Source: Perna viridis (lineage: Eukaryota). Taken from it: DNA of 64,000 nt. A program made the position numbers and the translations under genes. The notes beneath the pieces were generated by a model. The model worked only from the letters and a program-made list of their open reading frames with translations, did no database searches and was not told the origin of the DNA. Shown here piece by piece: positions 49,201 through 62,281 of the stretch. The first letter of the stretch is position 1; the number at the start of each line of letters is the position of its first letter. Where the stretch lies: positions 5,022,001 through 5,086,000 of the forward strand of contig CM074517.1 in NCBI GenBank assembly GCA_037379345.1. Direction: 5' to 3'.

Positions 49201-52200
49201 CTCTCTACAGTGTTCTAGGATTCCTATTTCCCGTTACCCGGGACAAGTGAAATTTGGGTCAGGAAAAGTTAGGTACTTAGTTATACTTTCTCATGGCAAA
49301 TTGAAAACTTCATATGCTGTAAGGATTTATTTTGTTAGGAAAGCAGTCAATGACTGTGGGAAAGTTTATTTTATATGGATTTTTCCACGATGAAACCTCA
49401 ATATCTGAAAAATCCTAGAACACTGCTCTAGCCAGGATATAGGCAACAAGACATCTTCTTGCAGATTGAGTCAGAGTATTTTAAGATCTTAATAAAAACT
49501 TCGTGTTGGAGCATGGAAAGAGAATATGAGGTAGACCATGCACCACCTGGCGTAGAACTGCTATGGATGAGGACAAGTGGGGATTGTGGCAAAAGACAGT
49601 GGGAGATGGCAGCAACTTGTGGTAGCCTTATGTCCCATCCAGGATGAAGAGGATATAAAGTAAGTAAGTAAATGTCAGTCTCAAAATGAAAAGTAACTTT
49701 AATTCTTTTATCAGTAATTCAATTATTTCATTTTTAATCATTTTAATGTAAATTTAGTCTTTGGACTATTTTTGTTCAGCAAAAAAACTAGTAGTGTCAC
49801 TACACACTATTTGTGTGAGATGTCGTTTTCATTCAAAACTCTAACAGAAGGTGTGATGATATCACAGTCACTCTCTATGTTTTTTATGGATATTTTGGAA
49901 TAGCTTATCATGTACGAGAGATCGAGAAATATTTGTCAACAGGATCAAAGGAAAAAAGTACAGACTACTGATAAACAAGATACACAAACTTACCTCCAAA
50001 ATCACTCAGAAAATTAATGACCTCAGCCTTCTTAGCAGATTGTAACCTTTCAGGAATCATGGGAGCAGGTAGGGGCTGAAGGGGTGGGTCTAGTGTTCCT
50101 GATTCTGGTATGGCATCATCTGGATTGACTGTTTTCTGTAGGTCTGTTCTTCGTGGGGGCAGAGGGGGAGCAGCTGCTGCACTCTGTCCCTCTTCAACAC
50201 GTCTTGGGTAAGCAGGAGGTGATATATAGGCCATCTGAAAACAGTACTTGAGTATTTACAAACATCATAGAAGTGTCTTTACTGTTTTCCAATACAAAAA
50301 TTCATGTGGCTTTTTTCTTCTCCTATAGGTTCCCTTCAGTAAAAAAGTTGTGTAGTAAAAATCTGTATTATCACATATATTTTTATCTTCTTTAACCAAA
50401 CAAGTTTTGGAATATAAAGTTTTAAAGAGCCCAGATTGCTAGGGTACACAGGAAAAATTGCAACATATGTTTTCATATCAAAACATATCATCTGGATAGT
50501 CTGTTTATAAATGGAAACATATGTTTAAGACCACTATAGACATATACCAGGATCTATTTTTGGACATAAAACTCACAAACTGCATATTTTACCTCAATCC
50601 AAGAGAAAACAGATGTTTTAATAGATTAAAATCTTCCTATTTATTGTTTAATGAAAGATAAATGATTAACAAATATTTATTTTTAATTGAAAACATGTTT
50701 TTCAAATATATCAGAAAAACATATATTGCAATTTTTCCTCTTTAGCAATCAAAAAATGACAATTGACTGACAAAAATAAAATTTAATTTAAGAATGACAC
50801 CTTAAGAAGAAAATTAAACAGGAACTTGAGGCTTTAAAGAACCTGCATTGTTCATTGGAAGAATTGAAATCTACTATCCATATCATTTGATCACAAGGAA
50901 CAAAATTCCTGCCAACATTTCCAAACTTTGGTAAGCATTAGCAGAACTAAAGGCCAAAATATTTCCCAAATGAAATTAATGATGCATGCAACAGTAATTC
51001 CAGAGAAGTTGATTTTTGAAAATTGTGAAAATCAGAATCTTAGCTTCTGACGGTGATCAATCAAAAGTGGACTTAATAACTGTAGATACTTTTCCGTACA
51101 TGATTCCTACATGTATCTAATTCAGTGGAAAATGATCAAAGGGTTTTCAAATTGGCGAGGAAAATGTATACAGACAATGGGAATAAGCCATAAATATTTT
51201 CTTACTTTGAAGTATGTAGACTGATGGAAATTTTAAAAAAGACTGTTGAATTTTGGGTTATTAAGATTTTTTGCTATTACTGTAAAATCTAGAGCCTTGC
51301 AAAAACAATGTAGATTATAAAATACAAACTAACATTGTTAATTTCCCATGAAAAAAGTTTTAAAATGTTTAATAAGTCTTACAAGGACAGTAGGATAGCT
51401 GTTGAGAGAAAACTACATGTATAAGGATTTACTGGTTTACTAATATGTTCAAATGTGTGGTTTTAGATTTATTACTAACCCCAGGATGTGGATACACTAG
51501 TGGTACCTGAGGCGGATACATGGGTGATCTCCCCTGGGCAGGGTAAGCAATGGGTCCTGGTTGTTGGCCTGGATACACTAATGGTACCATGTATGGGTAG
51601 TTGTTCCCCTCTGCAGAAGTTTTAGGTTTCTCTAGTGATGAAGCAGCTCCACTTCCTTCTGAGGACTGAATCTTACAAGGTCCCTGAACATGAAAATAAA
51701 AACAATATATAATGTATGAATACAAATTCATAAGAAACAATTTGCTAAATACACAAGCATAAAAACCTGTAATTACAATTAAAACAAGAAAGAAAAGCGA
51801 AGTAAATTCATAGTTCTTTCATAAGAAACATTGATTAAAGATGATCATTTTTAAGCTTTGACAGGGAAACCTTAATTAAAGGAGTACCTAGAATCAACTG
51901 TACTGACAAAAACTTATGTTCCATGCCTACAAGAATGCATACATTTTTCAATCAATAAAAAAAAAATTCTTATTTTGTTACAAAGTATTGTTGGTCTATA
52001 CAATTCTAGAGAAATCCAGAATCTAAAATACAAATTTAGTTACTACAGGTAAATTGTCATGTCTATAGACAAAAGTTTTAATTAAATTATCTATGTTGAC
52101 TTACATCATGAAGATTAATGGAGTCCCTGATTTTTCTGTTAAGTTCATCTATTGTCATCTCTTTCTCTGCTACAAAATTCTGTAGGTAAAACAGAAAATC

Positions 52201-55200
52201 AGTCAATTAACAACTCTATCACTAGAATTATTTAAATATCTAATACACATTTATCCCCAAAACGATTGCATTAATCATTAATTCAAGAAATATCAAACTT
52301 GCTCACATCTGCCACACCTTAAGTAGCAGTCTTTATAAAAACCAGACAGGAGGTGATTCATGCGTGTCAAAAACCCACTGAACTCACTTTTATTTCTTGT
52401 TCAGAAACAGTTCCTGATCACATAACCAGTCTTAGTTTTTCATTTGGACATTGTGCTTTTGAGAAAAAAAAACATATGGAATGTACATGAAATTGACACT
52501 TTGCAAGAGTTATCTATCTTGTTAATTGTTTGATTTGTGTAATATTAGTGAGAGATAAATGTATGATTTTATCAAAAGTACAGATCTGATAGCACAAGTA
52601 GATTGAAAAAGCATCATTTTTTCTTCAACATGAATCACTTTAATATTGGCACTGTCTGATTTTTATGCGGACTGTTACTTAAACAAATAAATCTCTATTC
52701 TGTATTTGGTTTACTCCAATGACAATAAGTCCTACATACTGGTGGTAATTAATGTTCTAAATCTGGACTTCATAATTAGAAATGATACATATTAAGTTAT
52801 TCAACAGAAATCAGTTGACAACTGTATGAATGAGCAAACAGACAAACAGACAGACAGGTATCTCAGCCATGTTATTTTTACAGGGTATAATCTAAATACT
52901 AACCTCAAGTGATCTGACTTTAACATGATTCTGATTTTGGACTTCCTGTAAATGTTCCTTTAGCTTCTCTATTTCCTCTTGGTTCTGCTGTAGTTCTTTC
53001 TTCATGGCATCAATCCTCTTCCTTTCCTCAATCAGACACATCTTGTACCTTGCAAATAAAAACATTGCATTCATGATCATTGGGATAAAGATTTTTGCAA
53101 TATAAAATGAATTTTTGTTTTTAATGTAAGGATCCATACTGATAGTTATATGTCATAAATCTGTATATTTTCTTGAACTACATGTACCAGAAGAAATTGA
53201 ATATAAAAAAATTCAACAGGTCTGAAAACCTAAGATAACTATTTAAACTAATGCACTGCCTTGAATCAAATTTTAAATCTAACTGAAACTACCCAGCCTA
53301 ATTTCCTCAAATTGCATACTGTGTTTCATTGAATGTTTAACAAATAGTTCCTTGATTAAATAAATCAAAAGAATTAGTGTGTTTCTCAATATAAAAAAAT
53401 TCTTCTGTCACATGTTAAATAGAAGTATGAATCAATATAAATAATCAATTTCTTAATTTTACAGTTTTATGAATTAGTACATTTTTTAAAAAATTTCTTT
53501 GTATGTTAACTGAAACTTACTTTAACTTCTTTTCCTGTCTGATACTGAGCTCTCTTCCAACACCTTCGAATTGTTCATGAAGTTTAGTTTCTATGGCAAC
53601 CTCACCAGTAGATGATTCACTAGTAGATCTCTGGCACTGTTCTACAGTAACTACTCCTGTTTCAGATGTTTGGTCCTGTGGGGATTTTTCTGAAGAGTAA
53701 GTGAAGAAGTTGCAATGTAATAGAGACAAATAAACCAACCTATTGAAAAATCTCACTTCAAGGCACTTTCTATAATAAATGGAACAAAGTACAATAAGCA
53801 TTATTTTTTTAATATCAACACTTTTTACAGATGCCTCCAGTATATTTTAGGCGATGTATATAAAAAAAACATGGCAGACATACAAATACGTAGGCATATT
53901 AAAGTTATCAAATTAAATTTCTGTTTACATGGCATTTACTACATGATCAGTACAATATAGTAAGCACTATTCAAATTAGAAAGGATACCTTACTGCAATA
54001 ACCATGAGGTCAAAATATAAAGATAAACAGAAAATGATGTTGATTCACTAATGTTAGATGTTAAGTGATTGTAAGAAAACTGTAACGAAAAAGTAGTGGA
54101 TGGAGGAATGATAGACAAACACCATAATCCTTGTCTTTATATCTTGACAACTTTAATATAGAAAATCATGGACATAACTGAAAAATTCACAATATGAAAA
54201 TTATGAATCCAATTGGACAACCATTTTTTAAAGTTACTAGTTCTGTGTACCTATTTATGTAGGTTACTTTTAAGTGTCAAACCCTATGACCTTAAAACTT
54301 ACTTTTCTCCAATTTTTCTACTTTCTTGTGTAGTTTTCTGTTTTCCAGGTACAAGTTTCTATACTCATTAGAGCCCATTGTAAGTCTTTCTTTCAAGTCT
54401 TCTATTTCCCGACCCATATCCTTGATTTGTTGTTTAAATTCTTTCTGCAGACAATGAATGAAAATACAACAACGAATTAGTTCAAAAAGCTGATTCAAAA
54501 CATTAAATAACAAAGAAACTGGATAGCTACTAACATTGATATAGAAACTGGATAGCTACTAACATTGATATAGAAACTGGATAGCTACTAACATTGATAT
54601 AGAAACTGGATAGCTACTAACATTCATATAGAAACTGGATAGCTACTAACATTGATATAGAAACTGGATAGCTACTAACATTCATATAGAAACTGGATAG
54701 CTACTAACATTGATATAGAAACTGGATAGCTACTAACATTGATATAGAAACTGGATAGCTACTAACATTGATATAGAAACTGGATAGCTACTAACATTGA
54801 TATAGAAACTGGATAGCTACTAACATTCATATAGAAACTGGATAGCTACTAACATTCATATAGAAACTGGATAGCTACTAACATTCATATAGAAACTGGA
54901 TAGCTACTAACATTGATATAGAAACTGGATAGCTACTAACATTGATATAGAAACTGGATAGCTACTAACATTCATATAGAAACTGGATAGCTACTAACAT
55001 TCATATAGAAACTGGATAGCTACTAACATTCATATAGAAACTGGATAGCTACTAACATTCATATAGAAACTGGATAGCTACTAACATTGATATAGAAACT
55101 GGATAGCTACTAACATTGATATAGAAACTGGATAGCTACTAACATTGATATAGAAACTGGATAGCTACTAACATTGATATAGAAACTGGATAGCTACTAA

Positions 55201-58200
55201 CATTGATATAGAAACTGGATAGCTACTAACATTGATATAGAAACTGGATAGCTACTAACATTCATATAGAAACTGGATAGCTACTAACATTGATATAGAA
55301 ACTGGATAGCTACTAACATTGATATAGAAACTGGATAGCTACTAACATTGATATAGAAACTGGATAGCTACTAACATTGATATAGAAACTACAATATTAC
55401 TCTAGAAATATCAAGTACCATAAAAAACTTTACTTTTGTTCAAGTACAATTTGCAATATGGTATTTGTTTTCACTTTAATCATGTAATACATGAGACACA
55501 AAAGTAGAAACAAGTTACATTTCAAAGTCAGACATTCAAACAATGACTTGACCATATGTTTCCTATGTATGAAAATTTATGACTTTGTGAACCTTCCTTT
55601 ACATACAAATAACAGGCATGTACACAGGATTTTTGCTAACTTAAAACAGTAGGGAACTTTCTTCTATTAGTCACAGTTGAAACAAAACAATGAAACAATG
55701 AGCTTGTTAGTGCTTGATGGTTTTCAAAGGGTGTATAACTGCAGAGCCTCCCTCCTCCTACCCAGTGTACAGGTCTGAATAACCTAATTTATCACCCTGT
55801 AGGTTACTAAGTATATTGTTAGCTTTATATAATACTCAATACTAAAAGTTTTTTTTTAATTTATTCATATACCTATTAAATTTCAAAATTTTTAAGGACA
55901 TACCTGGATTAAATACCCGACAAAAAAGTATCAGTATTTATTACCTGTTTCTTAGCAGATTCTGTTTGGTAGTGAGTCAAGTTATGTTCCATTTTAGAAT
56001 ATCTCTCCTTTAATGTTGACTGAGCCATGACCAAACACTGCATAGAACCAACAGAACTGGTTTCTATTGTCTCTTCTAACTTATGGGTTAACTTGACATT
56101 TTCTGATCTTAATTTCTCTACTTCCTATAAAATGATCACATGTTGAAAAAATGTAATTGAACTACATGTGCATTCATATAGATTTTAATGATATAAAAAA
56201 TCTTTTTCAAATATTGGTCAAAATAATATATTATGAGTAAAGCACAATCATAATTGCCACAGAAATTGAACCAATTGACTATGTTTAGGATTTATTTCAG
56301 TTCAAAATTAAATAGTTTGTGTAGAAATTTTTCAAGACTTATCCATTTTTCTCTAATGTTTGTAGTTTATTGACAGTTAACAACAAATATGATGTTATAA
56401 CACAGACTAGGTCACATCTACATTGAGTTTATATTAGAAATTGCAAGTATATCAAAGCATGTTTTGTAAAACTAGGAAACCTAGCGGAAATCTACGAAAT
56501 AATCAGAAACTGATGGGCGTAGAAGCTGCTTGTAACACGTATAAAAATGAATAGATTATTATGCAGGAATATAATTTTTACAATCCAAAAACATACAAAT
56601 TCCGTTACCCAAGTCAAAGAACATGCATAATGTCAGTAATTTAGACAAAAGTATAAATGTAACACTAAATAATTATCAGTGATAATAATAAAATATCAAA
56701 TCGAGGCTGGGGTTGGGCTAACAAAAACAGCACCTTCAAGTAAAAGCGTTACGGAATTCACCATCTAAAAACACTTGAAATACAGGAAGATGTGTATAAA
56801 AAGAGCTATAAAGCTTACCGTTGACTATATAAATATCCACAAGTCCAAATGTGGCAAATAAACAGGTCAAGGGAACGACACAGCCGATCCCTGGGACAGT
56901 CGAATTTTCGAATTTTCCAACTTTGTTTTCAGTAGAAACACCAACGTCAGATTGTTGACGACAACGCATGAAATTTCCCGCAATACACTAATTTCGCGGA
57001 ATAAAAGACGTTCACAACCCTGACACGACTGACAAATATGCAGAACGAATAAAACATAACTATATACAACAATATTCTATAACAAGACTAATTTACTCAA
57101 AACACAGAATTTAAACCCACATCTAACCAGTCCTGGTATAAAAATTAATGTACGCCAAAAGAACAATAACTCTACTTTTGCGGAAAATGTAGACGTCAAA
57201 ACAGCGACAGACTTCTGTTAAAATGATAATAATTAATAACTTAAATGATAAACAATGCTAAACCATTATCCCTAAGTATATTTTTGTCTTCCCATAACTG
57301 CTATAATTCCCAAAATACTTCAGGATAATTAATGTGAAAACGTATTTCACAACACATGTTAAACAAGTTCACTAAACAAATTTTGTCTTCAAAACAAAAA
57401 TTAGTTGATTGCAAGGGAAACTGGCCACTTGTGTATTGGTCTGAAATACACACCAAAAAATAGTTCTCATACCTCTTTCACTGCAGTTAGATTTTTATCT
57501 TTTTCATCAAGTTCAGACATACAGAGGGCTGTTTTTGTAGCCAGAGACTCTTTATCTTGACTATACGCCTGTCTCAATGTGTGGTTTTCTTCTTTACATG
57601 CCTGGAAAATTTATGAACAAAGCTTTGAAAACATTAACATTTGAAAACTTTCTTCTCGATAGAAACATGTAAAAAAGAGAAACATAGTTTGATGATAAAT
57701 GTATTATTTTAAAAGTAGTTATTAACTCAAATCTCACTTTCTTTCCAATTTAAAAAAATAATCTTGAAAAGAAATTTTGTTCCGGTATATTTGATTTGAA
57801 TCATTGTGGATTTGGAAATTACTATAAATTTTGGGTCAGAATTTATTAGTTGTCTGGTATCAACAAGATCTTATCTTGTCCATACTGGCTTCCTGCAATA
57901 TTGTCCATAATTTCAGTCTTGACAATTGGACAGACATCATTTTATCACTTTTTGTGATTATTTTCATAGTTTTTTGTTTTTTTTGGCCCCGTGCAGGTCC
58001 GTGTGTCAAAAGAATAGACCTGCAGCAGCGCTAAGCTTGTCCTATAAGCTGACCAAATAGTGCTCAGAACCCTAGCCGGGGGCTAGGCCACTCTGCCCAC
58101 AGAGCAACTGGTTTGTGTGTCCCAGGTGGTGGAATGGGGTACCCCTGGCGTGTTACATGCTGAGGTAGTCAGGCTATAATACAGGAAACCTGACTGCAAA

Positions 58201-61200
58201 CCATGGTGGTGCACCGTGTTGGGAAAGATGTCACGTTCCTTGCACATTTAAGAACCCTACTGTGGTAATCTCCCGGAGTAGGAACCACAGGGCTCCACCA
58301 CAGGAGGCTAAATTGTCCGACCTACCCACCTCTCCCTATTTCCAGTGGCAATCAAAAGTTGCCAACCCTATTATCCTTGTGTCCCATCCTATTTTTCATT
58401 TCATCATCATTTCATGTTCATTTTGTCATCCACTTCATGTTCATCGCCTAAATATAGCTGAAATATTGCTGCTCGGGTGTTAAACCCCAACAATCAATCA
58501 ATCAATCAATCATAGTTTTTTTCACGAAACAAAGAGCACACAAAATTATAAGTGTAACCTTCATTAAATACAAAGCCATTTTATGATAATCACTTTGTCA
58601 CCTCTATTCAGTGTGATTTTCTTGCATGTTAGCTATTCCAGCTGTTCCAGCTCAAGCAAGAAAATTTATTCTGTTCAGATGATAAGTTTTAATAAGTATT
58701 ATTTACCTCTAGATCTCTAGCCATTTTCTGGTTGTGTTCCTTGTATGTATGTATTTCCTCTTGAAGTAACTGTTTAACATTATCAGCTGCGGACAATTTG
58801 TCTTCTAAGTTCTGTACCTTCTCAGTAAGCCAATCAATGTTCTCCTATAATAATTTAGATAACTGATATTATGACAACCATCTATAAATTACTTATTTTT
58901 TTTTTTATTTCTAAGGAGTATATAGTAAATGTTAATAATTCTTTAAGTAATATAACATCTGACTTATTTATAATACCAGTATGTATAATAAGGTTTAAAA
59001 GTTACCTATCAAAGGTAAATAATTCTGAGAATTAGAGAATTATCTTCTGTTAGTTTAATCAATAAATATAACAATTTTCAAAACAGTAAAATTGTGATTA
59101 TCTACAGAACAAACTTCTAATTAAAGCTTTATCAGCAGTTAGATGAGAATGACTACTGTCATATTACGGCTCAAGTTGACCAAAAGTTTTAAATAACTTA
59201 TACATAGTGCACTGTACTTTTTGCAGCAATCAAGGTAGATAATAATAGCTGTACCCTATCAGATTCTGAGATCTCCTGCTGTCTACTTAACAGAGTCTGT
59301 GTTTGTTCTAGTTCAGCTTTAGTACTTTCTAACTCAGACTTGAGGTGGTCTACAATGCTCTCCTGTTTGGCAAGTGTTATTTGTAATTCTTCTATCTGAC
59401 GGGATGCTTCCTTGCCTTTTCCTTCTTGTATGGAAAAATGTTGCTAAAATGTATGAACATATATTATTGTAATATCAGTAATTGGAGAATACCTTACCAC
59501 ACAATAGCAGACTGGCCTGTAAATGATCCTGAAATCATTTTACTTCTCATTTTTTGAAAGACTGGAAGACTTCACCATCTGAAGAATCTGATGAGACAGT
59601 TACATACACAGGTGACAAAAAAAGAGTAATTGTTATTGGGTTACCATCCATAAAATTACAATTTACCATTAAAATTACTTGTGTTCACTACAAAAAAATT
59701 AATTTAACTCTTTGTATTAAAAAAACTTAGAAAGTGATATGTAAACAAGTGTCTCGTTGCTCGAATTTACCATCGGCAAAAGCTACTATAGAATAGGTCC
59801 AGGTCAATATATCCAATAAATGTATATTAGTCCAGTGGATAGCATGAAATTGAATAAATTTGTAGTTTTGACATACTTTGTACATTTCAATGCCTTTCTT
59901 CAGAGTTTCATTCTGTCCTTCTAACTCATCCTTTTCACTTTGTAACCTCTTAATGGCATCCTTCAGAGAACAGATTTCACCATCTAGTCTATTTACCCTT
60001 TCTTCAATACTCTCTCGTTCCTGTGTGATATAAGCCATAACAAATTGCCCCATTAAAATGTTTCTTATTGTAATTTTAAATAACATTGTTTACTTTATAC
60101 ATATGATAAAATGCTAGAGATTTTGAATTCTGTAAGTTTTTGATGAAATATGTTTGTTTGTATAGATGAAAATATACGAAAAATGTAAGCACAAAACTAT
60201 AAATGGCTAAAAAATATTCTGACAGAAGTGATGAAACTTGTTGACATGGAAGTAGATGACTTAGCAAGTGCATTAATACTAGCTTAGTTCATCACAGGCA
60301 TAGCCTAAAATCACCTACTTTTTTTTCAAATTTAGATAAAACTTAAGTATATTCACTTAAATACAAATTTTCTGGTACATTTGAACTACCACAAAATGGG
60401 CTTTTCAGGAAAGTAACGTAATACAAGGTAAATTAGATCAAGAGAAAGAGAACATTTAAAGCCTTTTAAACTTAATGATTCTTCACCTTTTTAACAGAAT
60501 CAGCCTTCTGTTGCACCTCATCCCTGACCATGATTAAATCCTTTGCCTCTTGCTGAAGTTGTGTGATGGTCTGCCTGTCAACTTTCACCTGGTCAGCTAA
60601 ATGTTTATTCTCCTGAGTCATTTCCTGTAGATTTTGGTCCAAGGTATACAGTTTGTTTACCAGGTCATCTTTCTCCAGCCCAAGCTCTTGTTGTATCTAC
60701 AGAAAACAGTATTACAAACTGAGGACTAAGTAATAATCTTTTTAAATGTCGTTATGATTTTCAGCCAGCAGAACTAGAATGAGAATTAACTTAGCAATAG
60801 AAGTCACATATGGTATATTACAAATTTTTTTTTATAGAAATTAGAGTTGATATCTATGTTTTTTTACATTAATTTTTTCAAAACAACATGCTTTACCTGA
60901 CAACTAAATATTAAAGTCATAGTACAAATCTATCTATAAAATGTAGTATAACATGTACTTATCAAAAGTAGGACAAATTTGTTGAATGATCCGCTTTTAA
61001 AATGGCCAGAGAATTCTCCATTTTTGATTTTATAATTATCCTTTGTATCCATTAACTTTTTACAATGCACTATTTACCTGTAATAGAGCACTTTTCTCAT
61101 CTTCTAATTTACGAAGGTTCTCTTCCAAGACGATCGTCTTTGACCTAATAACTAACATCTCAGTCTCATCGTCCTCTATCTCTACAAAGTCATCAGCACT

Positions 61201-62281
61201 TGGTTTTTTGAACTGGAATGGTGTGCTAGCTCCTCTGATCTGTCCAGAACTGGTTACATAACAGAACTGGTAGAATTCACCATCATCATCTGGAAGCTTG
61301 TGGGCTGAAAGATTATTTTAAGTAATATTATACTCCAGTTGGGAATAATTGGATGAAAATGTACATGTACCATGATAAATACTTATTTTCTTTCAGTGTG
61401 TATACCAGTTTATTAGTCACTTTTATACTTACAATATTCCATGGGTTATGTAAATAAAAACATGTGATAAAACATACACTATGTCAATTTCCCAAGATTT
61501 TTCAGTTCTTTAATAGACTTCTGAAGTGTTCTGACAACTGTGCTAAATTAATTTACTTACATATAAGATTCATAACTTTGCTTACACCACATTTCACATA
61601 TGTAAGAATAATGAATGTTGTGGATACTTGCATTGACTACTAATGACCTTTGACCCTAACTTACAGCCAATTTTGCTTTTGTCTGTTTCTAAGACTCATC
61701 AATGTGTATTTTAGTACAAAAATATACTAGATATTATAATGTTGTTGCATTGCTTTTCAGTGTCATTCAATGTTTCCTGTAACTATATAATGAAACTCAC
61801 TGTAAACTATTTGTTTCATTACCATATGTGTGTATAATGGTTTGATTATTCCTCATGTAGACCTTTAAATAGAAATGAAGACATCTATAAATTACAGACA
61901 TATACAAATGTACTGCATTAATGGTTTTGGTCTCTGGAAAAAATATTTTAATTAAAAACCATGAACAGTAAACTTACAAGGGAATAGAACACGGCCCTCA
62001 GCATCCTTCCCCTCCTCGTAATTGGATGGTATGTTGACCCAATCATAGTATATATAATCCTTGGTAGATAACCAACCCACTTTATACAATCCTATCCAAT
62101 CACTTTTTGTTGGCTTCAGGTCAAAGGTTATCGTATAACCACATTCAATGTGTGCATCAGCAGGATATGTTTCTGGAATGTTATGGAACACAACCATTGC
62201 AAACTCCTTCCTCTTACTAGTTGGTTCTGCTGATACTACCTCCCCAGCTGTAGCTCCCTCTGTGGTTGGTTGCTCTTCCAT
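46242..62281 (-). CDS. TAX1BP1: TAX1BP1/CALCOCO (NDP52)-family selective autophagy receptor: SKICH, coiled coil and 2 UBZ zinc fingers (~933 aa, 16 coding exons)
   Basis: Exons (high to low): 62281-61978, 61304-61078, 60696-60487, 60020-59877, 59443-59255, 58844-58707, 57601-57473, 56124-55945, 54444-54303, 53689-53521, 53048-52904, 52179-52105, 51683-51480, 50234-49994, 48590-48527, 46482-46242. All GT-AG and phase-consistent (2802 nt). SKICH motifs DWIGLYKVGW and EFYQFCYVTSSGQIRGASTPFQF. C-terminal CPVC..FEAHILAH and CPLC..FEHHVNKH. An acceptor at 62287-62288 implies an upstream UTR exon. Confidence 0.92.
49208..49425. mobile_element. Small TIR element (MITE), CAG termini
   Basis: CAGTGTTCTAGGATT ... 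AATCCTAGAACACTG perfect 15-bp TIR; CTCTA lies on both flanks. Confidence 0.65.
49500..49671 (+). mobile_element. 3' fragment of a second RTE-type LINE
   Basis: Encodes GRPCTTWRRT and RWQQLVVALCPIQDEEDIK*, matching the C-terminus of the 12-16 kb element, followed by an (AAGT)n tail. Confidence 0.65.
54514..55390. repeat. 29-bp minisatellite, 30 copies, two variants
   Basis: AGAAACTGGATAGCTACTAACATT(G/C)ATAT x30, in a TAX1BP1 intron. Confidence 0.97.
57976..58509 (+). mobile_element. SINE-like retroposon with (CAAT)n tail and TSD
   Basis: TSD TCATAGTTTTTT at 57964-57975 and 58510-58521. 3' end ATATAGCTGAAATATTGCTG...GTTAAAC...(CAAT)5 resembles molluscan SINE/LINE tails. GC-rich, multi-hairpin 5' half. 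Confidence 0.72.

Noticed and set aside
53690-53740. Upstream acceptor (TTTCAATAG) for the TAX1BP1 exon ending at 53521
   Set aside because: It gives phase 2 while the preceding exon ends in phase 1; the acceptor at 53690-53691 fits.
54528-55376. TACTAAC perfect branch-point heptamer in every 29-bp unit
   Set aside because: It is on the + strand while the host gene is transcribed from the - strand.
58260-58325. Second HDV-like ribozyme in the SINE-like element (CTCC/GGAG then GCTAA)
   Set aside because: P4, J4/2 and a possible P2 exist, but I could not build consistent P1 and P3 helices.
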